Counted from the first letter of the stretch, positions 38,492-49,121 are shown. The stretch: DNA of 64,000 bases from Lachnospiraceae bacterium (GCA_017620155.1 JAFZQY010000067.1:14380-78379); one strand, 5' to 3'. Numbers and translations: made by a program. The notes: generated by a model from the sequence alone, not told the origin.

Positions 38492-38493
38492 AT

Positions 38494-39378
38494 TCAGTAT
38501 CTCCTGACAGCACGCAGATCCTCATAAAACCGCCGGTAGCGTTCGTAACGGACGCGCGAGATCTCACCTGCTTCCACAGCTTCTCTAACCCTGCATCCGG
38601 GTTCGTGAGTGTGGGAGCACCCTGAAAACCGGCATTCCGGGGCAAAAGGAGCAAACTCAGGGTAAAGGCCCGAAAGCTCCTCGGGAAGGATCGAATCAAT
38701 GCTGTAAGATGTAAAACCGGGTGTATCGACAATAAAACTGTCATGATCGATGACTAAGACCTCGGCGTGCCTCGTGGTATGCTTTCCGCGGCCGAGCTTG
38801 TCAGAAATAACCCCCGTTTTCATATCCGCATCGGGACATATCCTGTTGATAAATGACGATTTACCGGCCCCGCTGGGTCCGGCTATCGCTGTGGTATGCC
38901 CCAATAATTCTTTTTTTACCCCTTCTATACCTTCACCGGATGCCGCGCATACCTCATATACCGGGTAGCCTGCATCCGAAAAACCTTTTTTCTCAACTTC
39001 CAGATCATAGTCGTCCGCACAGTCTAAATCGGACTTGTTAAAAACCACGATCGGATATATATCCGCCTTGTCCATCGTGATGAGCAGGCGGTCAATAAGC
39101 CCCATATCGGGCTTCGGATCGTTTCTCGCGAAGAAAATAAGCGCCCGGTCCACATTGGAGAGGGCCGGACGTATCAGGCTGTTGGTCCTGGGTAAGATAT
39201 CTTCGATGTTGCCTGCATCAGTCTGTTCATCCGTAACGGAGATCTCTACATCATCGCCGACCAGTGGGGTTATCTTCCTGTTCCTGAATACGCCTCTTGC
39301 CTTGCATTCATACGTCCTGCCATCCTCCGCGTATACATAGTAGAACCCCGCTATTCCCTTGATGATCTTACCCCGCAT
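38494..39378 (-). CDS. rsgA: Ribosome small subunit-dependent GTPase A
   Basis: NKSD, GPSGAGKS, GKHTT, DTPG, CRFSGCSHTHEPGC. Confidence 0.97.
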   Translation of the reverse strand: MRGKIIKGIAGFYYVYAEDGRTYECKARGVFRNRKITPLVGDDVEISVTDEQTDAGNIEDILPRTNSLIRPALSNVDRALIFFARNDPKPDMGLIDRLLITMDKADIYPIVVFNKSDLDCADDYDLEVEKKGFSDAGYPVYEVCAASGEGIEGVKKELLGHTTAIAGPSGAGKSSFINRICPDADMKTGVISDKLGRGKHTTRHAEVLVIDHDSFIVDTPGFTSYSIDSILPEELSGLYPEFAPFAPECRFSGCSHTHEPGCRVREAVEAGEISRVRYERYRRFYEDLRAVRRY

Positions 39379-39381
39379 ATA

Positions 39382-41706
39382 TCATTCCGCCTCAAAAGTA
39401 AGTTCTCTGGTGACTGTCTTGTCGTAATTCTGAGCAGGGGTGGTAGTTGCATCTCCGGTTACCGGATCCGTGATCGTCACTGCTTCGGTATTTACGGTAA
39501 ATACATATGTAACGGTTCCCGTAGCGGCGTTGATGCCTGTATAGTTCACATCCAGAGGGAATGAAGTTGTGGTGGTGCTTAAGAGCTGCGTGCCGTCAGC
39601 CGTGGTGATGGTCACCTGCACATACATGCCGCTCTGATATTCCGGATCTTCGGTGGGAGCCGTTATCGATCCCGAAAACTTATATGTGGCGGATTTGGGG
39701 CCTATGCTCACGCGAAGATCTACTGTCTGGCCCTTGTCCGCAAAACTGCCCGCGGTCAGCGACTGATAGCAGACCAGACCGTTAAGGGAAGGATCGTCGT
39801 TGTTGGTCTCGGATACGGTACCCATCGTGAGTCCACTCTCTGTGAGGATGGCCATCGCATCCATCTCGGACTTGCCGATAACGCTGGGAACGCTGATCTT
39901 GTCGGATGCCGTTCCGCCGGATGATACGGTGATCATGATCGTGCTTCCTGCGGGCGCATAAGTGTCGCCCTCGGGAGACTGGCTTATGACGCTTCCCTTT
40001 TCTACAGTGGAACTCTCGGCCTGAAGTATCGAAACCTGGAATCCGTGCTGTTCGAGATTGGAACGCGCCTCGGCCTGCGAGAGGCCCGCTACAGCCGGTA
40101 CGAGCACTCCGTCCTCGCTCTGTGCGACCGTGAGTATGACCGTATCGCCCTCCGCAAGGGCCGTTCCGGGTTCTATGCTGGCCGCTATGATCGTGCCTTC
40201 TTCATATTGAAGGGTTGTCTGATATTCTATCTGAGGCGTAAGCCCTAAGTCGATCAGGATCTTCTTGGCGTCATCGATCCTGGATCCTACGATGCCCTCG
40301 GGCATCAATATCTGATCGGTCTGCTCTTCTTCGGCAGTCTCATCTCCTGATGACGTTCCGATGAATCCGGTAACCTTGCCGAGTATCAGTAGCACGATCA
40401 GACCTACGATGACTGCACCCACAACGACAAGTATGGTCGTAAGTTTATCGCTCACTCCGCCTTCATCATCATCGTCATCGTCGTCATCATCATAAGGATC
40501 TTCGTACTCTTCCTCTTCCTCATATCTGCGGCGCTTGAACTCTTCCTTTTCCATCCTGTCACGGGTAGCGTCTCTGGAAGTCCTGACCGGAGTTTTGGAA
40601 TTGGATGATGACTTGGAGCCCTGCTTGGATGAGCCGGATTTGGGTTTCCCCTTGCCCGACTTGCTGCCCGACTTGGGTGCGGGTTTGCGCGCAGGTTCCT
40701 TATCTTTATCCTTGTTTTCTTTATCTTTGCGGCGCTCCGCTCTTTCTACGTCCTCTTTAAGAGCGATCCCGCCAACCATATCGCTGCGCTCGTTTGAAGC
40801 GCTGCGGATCTTCTTCACATCTTCTTCGGTGATGTTGCGTGTGGCTGCCTCCTCATCGGGATCGGTGATCCTAACGAAATCACCCTCGGGATCGACGAGC
40901 GACTTCTTAAGGTCCGCGATAACCTCGCCCATGGACTGGTATCTGCGGTCGGGAGACTTCTGGCAGCACTTTAAGACTATCTGCTCGACGCTGTAAGGGA
41001 TATCGTCGGCATAATCCGAAGGATAGGGAAGTGCCTCCTGAATATGCTTGATGGCGATGGCAACCGTAGTATCGCCGTTAAAAGGAACGCGTCCGGTCAG
41101 CATCTCGAACATCGTGATACCCAGACTGTAGATATCTGATCTCTCGTCGGAGAATCCGCCTCTTGCCTGCTCGGGCGATGTATAGTGAACGCTTCCCATC
41201 ACATTGGAGCTTACGGTGTTGTTGGTAGCGGCCTTGGCTATACCGAAGTCAGTAACCTTAACCTTGCCCTCTTTGGAAATGATGGTGTTCTGGGGCTTGA
41301 TATCCCTGTGGATGATGTGGTTATTGTGGGCAGCCTCGATACCGTTGGATATCTGAATGGCTATGCTCACGGCTTCTTTCGAAGAAAGTCTTACCTTCTT
41401 CTCGATATATTTCTTGAGGGTGATGCCCTCGACAAGCTCCATTACTATATAGTAAATACCGCCTTCGCTGCCTACATCGTAAACATTGACGATATTAGGG
41501 TGCATAAGACCGGCCGCAGCCTGGGCCTCCGTGCGGAACTTGTTCACGAAGTTGTTGTTCTCCGAGAACTCCTGCTTTAAGACCTTAACTGCGATAAACC
41601 TGTTAAGCTTATGATCTTTTGCCTTGTAGACATCCGACATTCCGCCGGTGCCTATCTTCTCGAGGATCTCGTATCTGTCCCCGAGCATCATTCCGATTTT
41701 GATCAT
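39382..41706 (-). CDS. prkC: PASTA-domain Ser/Thr kinase (PrkC/Stk1)
   Basis: GTGGMS, HRDIKPQN, DFG, SPEQARG, TM helix, about three PASTA repeats. Confidence 0.95.
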   Translation of the reverse strand: MIKIGMMLGDRYEILEKIGTGGMSDVYKAKDHKLNRFIAVKVLKQEFSENNNFVNKFRTEAQAAAGLMHPNIVNVYDVGSEGGIYYIVMELVEGITLKKYIEKKVRLSSKEAVSIAIQISNGIEAAHNNHIIHRDIKPQNTIISKEGKVKVTDFGIAKAATNNTVSSNVMGSVHYTSPEQARGGFSDERSDIYSLGITMFEMLTGRVPFNGDTTVAIAIKHIQEALPYPSDYADDIPYSVEQIVLKCCQKSPDRRYQSMGEVIADLKKSLVDPEGDFVRITDPDEEAATRNITEEDVKKIRSASNERSDMVGGIALKEDVERAERRKDKENKDKDKEPARKPAPKSGSKSGKGKPKSGSSKQGSKSSSNSKTPVRTSRDATRDRMEKEEFKRRRYEEEEEYEDPYDDDDDDDDDEGGVSDKLTTILVVVGAVIVGLIVLLILGKVTGFIGTSSGDETAEEEQTDQILMPEGIVGSRIDDAKKILIDLGLTPQIEYQTTLQYEEGTIIAASIEPGTALAEGDTVILTVAQSEDGVLVPAVAGLSQAEARSNLEQHGFQVSILQAESSTVEKGSVISQSPEGDTYAPAGSTIMITVSSGGTASDKISVPSVIGKSEMDAMAILTESGLTMGTVSETNNDDPSLNGLVCYQSLTAGSFADKGQTVDLRVSIGPKSATYKFSGSITAPTEDPEYQSGMYVQVTITTADGTQLLSTTTTSFPLDVNYTGINAATGTVTYVFTVNTEAVTITDPVTGDATTTPAQNYDKTVTRELTFEAE

Positions 41707-41719
41707 GCTTTTTCCTTAC

Positions 41720-42457
41720 TTATCCGGCAAACGGTTCAATGAGAACGACTGATATGTTATCTCTTCCGCCGTTCTCGTTTGCCATATCCACAAGTCTGTG
41801 GGCACGCTCTCTGAGCGTTCCGTCAGACCATATGATATCTCCTATAACTTCATCTTCAACCATGTTGGACATGCCGTCTGAGCACAACAAAATAATGTCG
41901 CCCTGTTCTAACTTAACCCTGAACAGGTCAACATCTATCTCGCTCATGGCACCTACTGCCCTGGTTATTATATTTTTATCCGGATGTGTGCGGGCCTTGG
42001 ATCTCTCCAGGCCGCCCATCTGAACCATCTCCTCTACAAGGGAATGATCCACGGATACCTGCTGAATATCATCATCATAGGAACACAGATATGCACGGCT
42101 GTCGCCGACATTGGCTACGAGCACATCATCATCAAGGCATGTGCATGCCACGACCGTGGTACCCATGCCCTTACATCCGACTCTGGTCTGAGCCTGTTCC
42201 CAGATAGTGGAATTGGCTGCTTTGATGGCCGTCTCGAGAGCCTTCTCGGGAGAAACATTGCGCATCCCCTTGAGCTCGTCCTCGATGACCCTGACGCAGA
42301 TAGCGCTGGCAAGTTCTCCGGCATTATGTCCGCCCATACCGTCAGCCACGATATAGAGATTCGGCAGAGGGCCTACGGGACCGTCTGCAACATATACTCT
42401 GTCCTGATTCAATTGTCTACGAAGACCCCTGTCGGTCACGCCGTAGGAATCGATCAT
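41720..42457 (-). CDS. prpC: PP2C Ser/Thr phosphatase (PrpC/Stp1)
   Basis: NQD, VADGMGGH, MGTT, NVGDSR, LCSDG, DNIS. Confidence 0.93.
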   Translation of the reverse strand: MIDSYGVTDRGLRRQLNQDRVYVADGPVGPLPNLYIVADGMGGHNAGELASAICVRVIEDELKGMRNVSPEKALETAIKAANSTIWEQAQTRVGCKGMGTTVVACTCLDDDVLVANVGDSRAYLCSYDDDIQQVSVDHSLVEEMVQMGGLERSKARTHPDKNIITRAVGAMSEIDVDLFRVKLEQGDIILLCSDGMSNMVEDEVIGDIIWSDGTLRERAHRLVDMANENGGRDNISVVLIEPFAG

Positions 42458-42460
42458 AAA

Positions 42461-43528
42461 TTATCTCCCGTGTCTGTTTCGGAGCTGACCGCAAGCGCCG
42501 TCGATATCCTGCCCCAATTCTCTTCTTATAGTAACATTTATTCCCTGTTTTTCAAGTTTATTTTTGAATGCGGACACCCTGTCAGCGCCCGAAGGCTCAT
42601 ACCCGCGCTCGGTTACGGGGTTGACCGGAATGAGGTTTACATGGGCCCCCAGATCGCGGCAAAGACGGGCCAGCTCGGCCGCACATTCGTCCGTATCGTT
42701 GACGCCGCGGCTCAGAGCATATTCGAAGGTTATCCGACGTCCGGTCTTCTCGAAAAAGTATGCCGCGCTCTCTGCTATCTCCGCGATCGAATACTTCTCG
42801 GCGATGGGCATGATCGTGCGTCTTAACTCATCATTGGGCGCATGAAGCGATATCGCGAGCGTGATACCGAGCTGTTCATCGGCCAGATCCCTGATGCGTT
42901 CGGTCAGACCGCAGGTGGAGACAGTGATGTTCCGGCGGCTTAAGTTGTATCCCTCTTCCGAAATGATGAGGTTTAAGAACCGGATCACATTATCGTAGTT
43001 ATCAAGCGGTTCGCCCATTCCCATCACTACTATGTGGGATATCCGCTCATTGATATCGTTCGTTATTCTATATATCTGGTCAAGGATCTCGGCAGGTGTC
43101 AGATTTCTGGTAAGGCCGCCCAAAGTTGAGGCGCAGAATCTGCATCCCATGCGGCATCCGACCTGTGAGCTGACGCAGACCGTATTGCCGTATTTGTAGC
43201 GCATGAGTACGGACTCGATCAGGTTGCCGTCGGCAAGTTCGAATAGGTACTTGCGGGTGCCGTCGGCGGATTGTTTAACCTCTACGGGAGCGAGGTGTGT
43301 TATGTCAACCGTGTTGGCGGTTACATCGGTGGTTTCGTCGGTTGCGGTTTCGTCGGTAGATCTGAGTTTCGCTTTCAGAGACTTGGGGATATTGGTCATG
43401 TCATCGAGCGATGACACGCACTTGGCATGCATCCACTGATAGAGCTGCTTTGCCCTGAAAGCCGGCTCGCCGATGGTCTGTATATAATCCGAAAGCTCGG
43501 TTATGGTCATAGATTTGATATCAGTCAT
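42461..43528 (-). CDS. rlmN: Dual-specificity RNA methyltransferase RlmN
   Basis: CVSSQVGCRMGCRFC, MGMGEP, SLHAPND, DIDGACGQL; start at ATG 43528. Confidence 0.96.
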   Translation of the reverse strand: MTDIKSMTITELSDYIQTIGEPAFRAKQLYQWMHAKCVSSLDDMTNIPKSLKAKLRSTDETATDETTDVTANTVDITHLAPVEVKQSADGTRKYLFELADGNLIESVLMRYKYGNTVCVSSQVGCRMGCRFCASTLGGLTRNLTPAEILDQIYRITNDINERISHIVVMGMGEPLDNYDNVIRFLNLIISEEGYNLSRRNITVSTCGLTERIRDLADEQLGITLAISLHAPNDELRRTIMPIAEKYSIAEIAESAAYFFEKTGRRITFEYALSRGVNDTDECAAELARLCRDLGAHVNLIPVNPVTERGYEPSGADRVSAFKNKLEKQGINVTIRRELGQDIDGACGQLRNRHGR

Positions 43529-44966
43529 CCGATGTGCGCTCCAAAACACATATATAGAACCCGTCCGAACACCACTCATCGGGAAGGATCTGAAGGCCGG
43601 GAACACGTATGGAATCCTTCGGAGAGTTCACCGCCGACTCGGCAAGAGCCTTGGCTGTGATGTCCGAAAAGCCGTAATTGACCATTATATATGCGGCCTG
43701 ATCATCATTTTCCGCATGGTTCATCGTACAGGTCGAGTAAACGAGCCTTCCGCCCGGGCGCACATATCTGACCGCCGTATCTATGATCTGTCTCTGAACC
43801 GAGACCAGGGAATCTATATCATCCGGAGTGATCCTGTATCTGATATCGCTCTTATGTCCTATTACTCCCAAGCCGGAGCAGGGGACATCCGCTATGACCA
43901 CATCGGCTTTTCCTTCCATTTCGGGAATGAGTTCGGTGGAATCGTGAACCGAGACCGTGATCACATCTTCCATCCCCATCCTTCGGATGTTCTCCGTGAT
44001 CCTCCCGCATCTTGATTCCGAGATGTCGTAAGCATAGACATGGCCTTGTTTGCATAGCATATCAGCCGCATGGAGGCTTTTTCCTCCGGGAGCGGCACAA
44101 AGATCCATGACCGTGTCTCCGGGGCGGATCAGCGAAAGTTCGGCTACCATCATCGATCCGGTGTCCTGAACCGTAAAATCACCTTCTTCAAAACCCGCAA
44201 GCTTCTGCACCGCTCCGGTATCTTTAAGGAGTCTTCCGTATGGGATGTGCGGATTAGGGCTTACGCTTACTCCTGCTTTTTTCCACTTATCCTCAAGTGC
44301 TCTTGCACCTTTTTCATCAGTACGCATCCGTACGCTTATGTATCTTGAGTCAAGAAGCGCCTTCAGGATGCTTTCGGTCCTGATATCGCCGTAAGTATCA
44401 AAAAGCAGTTTCACTATCCATTCCGGGCATGAATAAACCACCGAAAGATGCTTGACCGGCTCATCTTCCTTCGAAGGATAACGGATATTATTTTTCTCAC
44501 GGGAAACAGTACGGAGAACTCCGTTGACATACCCTTTGAGTCCGGAAAAGCCGCGTGCGCCGGCGATCTTAACAGCCTCGTTGCACACTGCAGAATCAGG
44601 CACGGAATCCATCCACATAAGCTGATATACGCTCATTCGAAGGATCGCCCGGATCATGGGCTTCATCTTATGTACGGGAGTTTTGGAATATCTGTCCAGA
44701 ATATAGTCGATAGTGATGCGTCGTTCGCAGCTGCCGTCCATGACCGTCTTATAGAAGGCCTTATCACGCGGATCAAGTGAATCATGCTTATCCAAAACGG
44801 CATTTACTTCGGCCGAGAGGTAAGTACCCGTCTTCTCCATCTCAGTCATGGAGTCGGCTATTAATGCCCTGACGCCTGCCCCGGTCATGGAGTCGGCTAT
44901 TAATGCCCTAACGCCTGATCCGCCCCTGGTTTCAGCGGTCATAGCCCGATTACCTGATCTACTCAT
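43521..44966 (-). CDS. rsmB: 16S rRNA m5C967 methyltransferase
   Basis: NusB-like N-terminus (VNGVLR), VQD, DLCAAPGGK, DVPCSG, YSTCT; start may instead be ATG 44942. Confidence 0.93.
   Translation of the reverse strand: MSRSGNRAMTAETRGGSGVRALIADSMTGAGVRALIADSMTEMEKTGTYLSAEVNAVLDKHDSLDPRDKAFYKTVMDGSCERRITIDYILDRYSKTPVHKMKPMIRAILRMSVYQLMWMDSVPDSAVCNEAVKIAGARGFSGLKGYVNGVLRTVSREKNNIRYPSKEDEPVKHLSVVYSCPEWIVKLLFDTYGDIRTESILKALLDSRYISVRMRTDEKGARALEDKWKKAGVSVSPNPHIPYGRLLKDTGAVQKLAGFEEGDFTVQDTGSMMVAELSLIRPGDTVMDLCAAPGGKSLHAADMLCKQGHVYAYDISESRCGRITENIRRMGMEDVITVSVHDSTELIPEMEGKADVVIADVPCSGLGVIGHKSDIRYRITPDDIDSLVSVQRQIIDTAVRYVRPGGRLVYSTCTMNHAENDDQAAYIMVNYGFSDITAKALAESAVNSPKDSIRVPGLQILPDEWCSDGFYICVLERTSDD
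44845..44922. repeat. 39-bp in-frame tandem duplication in the rsmB 5' region
   Basis: Two units matching at 36/39 nt; encode GSGVRALIADSMT / GAGVRALIADSMT. Confidence 0.9.
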
Positions 44967-45928
44967 ACGCTCTCCGGGTTAAGGCTTTCACCGCATCTGA
45001 CGCTCTGACCCAGAAGAAAATCGCGTGTGGACATGCGTTTTTTGCCTTCCAGCTGAAGTTCGTCTATCCTGAGCAGTCCCTGTCCGCAGCCTACCCAGAT
45101 ATGGTTTTTGTCAAAAGCATAGATGCATCCTCTGAAAGCCTCGTCTGCCTTCTCGCAGCCCGGGACATCAGATATCTCCTCTGCCTTGACCTTCCATATC
45201 TTAAGCTGCTTTCCTCCCAGTGAGCACGAAGCTCCGGGCCAGGGATCAAAAGCACGTACCTGTCTGTCTATCTCTGCTGCGGCCTTGGAAAAATCGATCT
45301 TTCCCATGGACTTATCAAGCATGCCGACATGATCGGCCTTAGCTTCGTCCTGCGGGATGGGCTTAAGCTCGCCGCGCTCTATCATCGGAAGAGCCTTCAC
45401 TATGAGCCCGGATCCCAGAGCAGCCAGTTTATCAAAAAGAGAACCGCCCGTATCATCGTCCTCGATCGGGATGGATTCGCTCATCAGGATATCGCCGGTA
45501 TCGAGCCCTTCATCCATCTGCATGATGGTCACACCGCTTTCCTTATCTCCCTGCAAAATGGCATGCTGGATCGGAGACGCACCTCTTAAGTGCGGCAAAA
45601 GCGAAGCATGTATGTTGACACAGCCAAATTTAGGAATATCAAGCACTGATCTGGGAAGGATCTGGCCGAATGCGGCCACAACGATGATATCTGCAGGGTA
45701 TTTCTTAAGTTCCTCCACAGATTCCGGGTTGCGCAGTCTGACCGGCTGAAGGACCGGGATGTCATACTTTAGCGCCACTTCCTTGACGGGACTGGGGATG
45801 AGCTTTCCGCTGCGTCCCTTGGGCCTGTCGGGCTGGGTTACTACGGCGCTCACCTCATAACCCGCTTGTATGATAGCTTCAAGAGGACCCGTCGCAAAAT
45901 CGGGAGTCCCCATATAGATTATGTTCAT
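44963..45928 (-). CDS. fmt: Methionyl-tRNA formyltransferase
   Basis: YMGTPDFA, VTQPDRPKGR, NIHASLLP, MDEGLDTG. Confidence 0.97.
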   Translation of the reverse strand: MNIIYMGTPDFATGPLEAIIQAGYEVSAVVTQPDRPKGRSGKLIPSPVKEVALKYDIPVLQPVRLRNPESVEELKKYPADIIVVAAFGQILPRSVLDIPKFGCVNIHASLLPHLRGASPIQHAILQGDKESGVTIMQMDEGLDTGDILMSESIPIEDDDTGGSLFDKLAALGSGLIVKALPMIERGELKPIPQDEAKADHVGMLDKSMGKIDFSKAAAEIDRQVRAFDPWPGASCSLGGKQLKIWKVKAEEISDVPGCEKADEAFRGCIYAFDKNHIWVGCGQGLLRIDELQLEGKKRMSTRDFLLGQSVRCGESLNPESV

Positions 45929-45936
45929 GTTCAGTC

Positions 45937-46461
45937 TTAAGCCTCTTCGGGGGCATCCCCGGATCCGTCCCCCTCATCCTCATCGGATTCACTGGATAAT
46001 GAGCTCACATTCATGAGTTCGCCCTCGACCTTTTCCACATACATATGGCCGTCAAGATGCTCCAGTTCGTGAACGATCGCTCTGGCGAGAAGTTCCTCTC
46101 CCTCCAGCTCATACTCGTTCATGTCCAGATCATAGGCCTTGACCTTCACATAGTTCGGTCTGGTCACGATTCCGGTCTTGCCGGGCAGGGACAGGCAGCC
46201 CTCGTGTCCGGTCTGCTCGCCGGCTGTCTCGAGGATCTCGGGATTGATGAGTACATGGGGATCTTCGCCCGTCGTATCTATGACCACGATACGCTTGAGG
46301 ATCCCGACCTGCGGAGCGGCAAGTCCCACGCCGTTAGCCTCGTACATGGTATCGAGCATGTCTTCTACGAGTTCTTTTATCCTGGGGGTCACATCCTTAA
46401 CTTCCTTGCACTTTTTCTCAAGGACAGGATCGCCCATTATCCTTATATTTCTGAGAGCCAT
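45937..46461 (-). CDS. def: Peptide deformylase
   Basis: GVGLAAPQVG, EGCLS, HELEH. Confidence 0.97.
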   Translation of the reverse strand: MALRNIRIMGDPVLEKKCKEVKDVTPRIKELVEDMLDTMYEANGVGLAAPQVGILKRIVVIDTTGEDPHVLINPEILETAGEQTGHEGCLSLPGKTGIVTRPNYVKVKAYDLDMNEYELEGEELLARAIVHELEHLDGHMYVEKVEGELMNVSSLSSESDEDEGDGSGDAPEEA

Positions 46462-46583
46462 AATCTCACCCTTCCGAATAATAAATACAGATCAAATACA
46501 ATAAAACCTTATTTACTCTACCATTTTTGGCGGTATATCGCAATCTCAAGCATCACGTATCTATCGTAGACGGCCTGTGTCCG

Positions 46584-48836
46584 TCACGGATCAAAATCAA
46601 AGAAGGTAAGCTCACGGGAGTCAGTCCGCTCTCGGGCAAAGCTTTCGATCCGGTCCTTGACCGCTATCAGCACATCCATGTCCTCATGCTTGATATAAAG
46701 GACATGCCTGAACTTATCCTTGATCTTGCTGATATAGGCGGGCGCGGGGCCTATTGTGTAGCCCTGAGGGGACGGCTCGCCTTTTTGCGCGCTGTCCTGC
46801 TGGATCTGAGCATCGGCCAGCTGCCTGTATTTTTCCGCAAGAGACTCCCCGGCCTGCTCTTTTTCGCTGACGACCATGACAGCGAGCATGTGCCACAAGG
46901 GCGGGTACGAAGCCAGTGTACGGAAGATGATCTCCTCATCATAGAAAGCCTTGTAATCCTGGGAAGATGCGCTTACTATGCTGTAATGCTCGGGCTGATA
47001 GGTCTGAATGACCACTTCGCCGGGCTTTACGCCGCGTCCTGCCCTTCCGGCCGCCTGTGTCAGAAGCTGAAAAGTGCGCTCGGCCGCCCTGTAGTCCCCT
47101 ACGGAGAGAGACATATCCGCCGCAAGCATGCCGACCAGTGTTACCAGCGGAAAATCGTGGCCCTTGACTATCATCTGGGTCCCGATCAGGATGTCAGCCT
47201 CATGATCCCTGAAAGTCCGAAGGATCGTCTCCATGCTGCCCTTCTCCTTCGTGGTGTCGGCGTCCATGCGGATCACGCGGGATGAAGGATACATCCGCTG
47301 CACCTGAGCCTCGATCTCTTCGGTACCTACGCGGAATCCGGCTATATACGCTGAGGAACACTCCGGACAGGTCTTGGGCATCGGCTCGGTATGGCCGCAA
47401 TAGTGGCACACGAGCCTGCCTCCCCTGTGCTCGGTCAGCGAGACATCGCAGTGAGGGCACTTGATCACATGCCCGCAGCTCCTGCAGGATACGAATCCCG
47501 CCACGCCGCGCCGGTTGATGAAGAGCATGATCTGCTCATTGCGGGCGATACGCTCATCCATCAGCTCTCTTAATTTATCGGAAAAGATCGAGCGGTTCCC
47601 TTTTCTGAGTTCCTCCCTGAGATCCACGATGTGGACATCGGGCAGGGCGCCGCCTGTCAGACGTTCGTCCAGTGTAAAAAGCTCGTACTCACCCTGAAGT
47701 GCCTTGTAATAAGACTCCATCGACGGAGTGGCCGACCCGAGGATCATGCTCACGCCGCGGCTTTCGGAGATGTACTCTGCGCAGCTTACCGCGCTGTACC
47801 TCGGAGTATTCTCGGACCGATAGCTGGGCTCATGCTCCTCATCTATGATGATGGCGCCCAGTCTGGTAAAAGGCGTAAAAAGAGCGGACCTGGGGCCGAT
47901 GATAACATCGATTTCACCGTTCTTCGCTCTGAGGAACTGGTCATATCGTTCTCCCTGTGACATGGATGAGTTGACCACGCTCACTCGGTCGCCGAACCTC
48001 TTGTAAAAGCGCAGCAGCGTCTGATATGTCAGTGCGATCTCGGGAATCAGAACGATGACCTGGAGGCCGCGCCTCACCATGTGATCGGCGATGCCTATAT
48101 AAACTTCAGTCTTGCCGCTTCCGGTTATGCCGTGGATAAGGTATTTACCCGGTCTGCCGGCATCGTGATTATCGGTAACGGTTGATATTATATGCTGCTG
48201 GGCCTCGCTGAGTTCATAGGTCTTATGCTCTTCTTCGTCGGTGACGATCGGGTTTCGGTAATACTCCGTCTCGGTGACCTTGATATAGCCTTTGGATTCA
48301 AGGCTTCGAATGGTCGGTGCCGCTACGGACAGCTTATCCCTGACCAGATTATAAGGAAGCGTCGGCTCTGCCAGAAGAGCTTTCAGCACTCTGAGCCTGG
48401 CGGTCTGGTGCTTACGGTCGCATTCCTCGATGACCGCATTAAGCTCATCTCCCTCCAAGGTAAGGTCCACGCGCTTGGAGGTTCTGACGGTCATCTTCTT
48501 CTTGACCGGAATGACGGTCTTGAGCGCCTGTATCATCGTGCCGCCGAAATGGACGCGGATCCACCATGCCAGCGCTATCATGTTGCCGTCCGCGCTGACC
48601 TGATCGTTGCAGATCTCCATGACCGATTTCAGCTTGTCCTCGGGATAATCGGCGTATGTTTTGATCTCGATGCAGTACCCCTTAAGGATCTTGTTACCGC
48701 GCCCAAAGGGCACCAGGACGCAGTCTCCGACCTTGAGTACCTCCGCCATCTCATCGGGGATGATGTACTGAAACGGGCGGTCAAGCTGCTCGTGCGATAT
48801 CTCTATTATGATGTCTGCGTATAGTCTTTGTGTCAT
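46584..48836 (-). CDS. priA: Primosomal protein N'
   Basis: GITGSGKT, DEEH, SATPS, four CxxC pairs, GTQMIVKGHDF, QAAGRAGR. Confidence 0.97.
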   Translation of the reverse strand: MTQRLYADIIIEISHEQLDRPFQYIIPDEMAEVLKVGDCVLVPFGRGNKILKGYCIEIKTYADYPEDKLKSVMEICNDQVSADGNMIALAWWIRVHFGGTMIQALKTVIPVKKKMTVRTSKRVDLTLEGDELNAVIEECDRKHQTARLRVLKALLAEPTLPYNLVRDKLSVAAPTIRSLESKGYIKVTETEYYRNPIVTDEEEHKTYELSEAQQHIISTVTDNHDAGRPGKYLIHGITGSGKTEVYIGIADHMVRRGLQVIVLIPEIALTYQTLLRFYKRFGDRVSVVNSSMSQGERYDQFLRAKNGEIDVIIGPRSALFTPFTRLGAIIIDEEHEPSYRSENTPRYSAVSCAEYISESRGVSMILGSATPSMESYYKALQGEYELFTLDERLTGGALPDVHIVDLREELRKGNRSIFSDKLRELMDERIARNEQIMLFINRRGVAGFVSCRSCGHVIKCPHCDVSLTEHRGGRLVCHYCGHTEPMPKTCPECSSAYIAGFRVGTEEIEAQVQRMYPSSRVIRMDADTTKEKGSMETILRTFRDHEADILIGTQMIVKGHDFPLVTLVGMLAADMSLSVGDYRAAERTFQLLTQAAGRAGRGVKPGEVVIQTYQPEHYSIVSASSQDYKAFYDEEIIFRTLASYPPLWHMLAVMVVSEKEQAGESLAEKYRQLADAQIQQDSAQKGEPSPQGYTIGPAPAYISKIKDKFRHVLYIKHEDMDVLIAVKDRIESFARERTDSRELTFFDFDP

Positions 48837-48914
48837 GTTATGTTAACTGCTATGTATGTCGGAAAATCTGCCGGGTGTCGTGTTTCGTTGTGTTGTATTA
48901 TGTAAACTTCATAT

Positions 48915-49121
48915 CTACGGAAGATCCAAATCTTCCGCGGTGAACACTACCGTGTCATCCGCCACTGCATTCTGCTCACCGGCCTCATCTATCATGTCTC
49001 CGTAGCCCGTCAGAGCCGCAAACGGCGCAAACTGCGCAGCCCTGTCATGCACGGACATCTGCGGATGTCTAGATGAAACATGATGCGGAAGATCTATTAT
49101 ATCACTGTAATCATGGTTCAT
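48915..49121 (-). CDS. Small YolD/YqjX-like accessory protein of a Y-family polymerase
   Basis: YSDIIDLPHHVS..HPQMS..DRAAQFAPFAALTGY; starts 3 nt after the polymerase stop. Confidence 0.75.
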   Translation of the reverse strand: MNHDYSDIIDLPHHVSSRHPQMSVHDRAAQFAPFAALTGYGDMIDEAGEQNAVADDTVVFTAEDLDLP

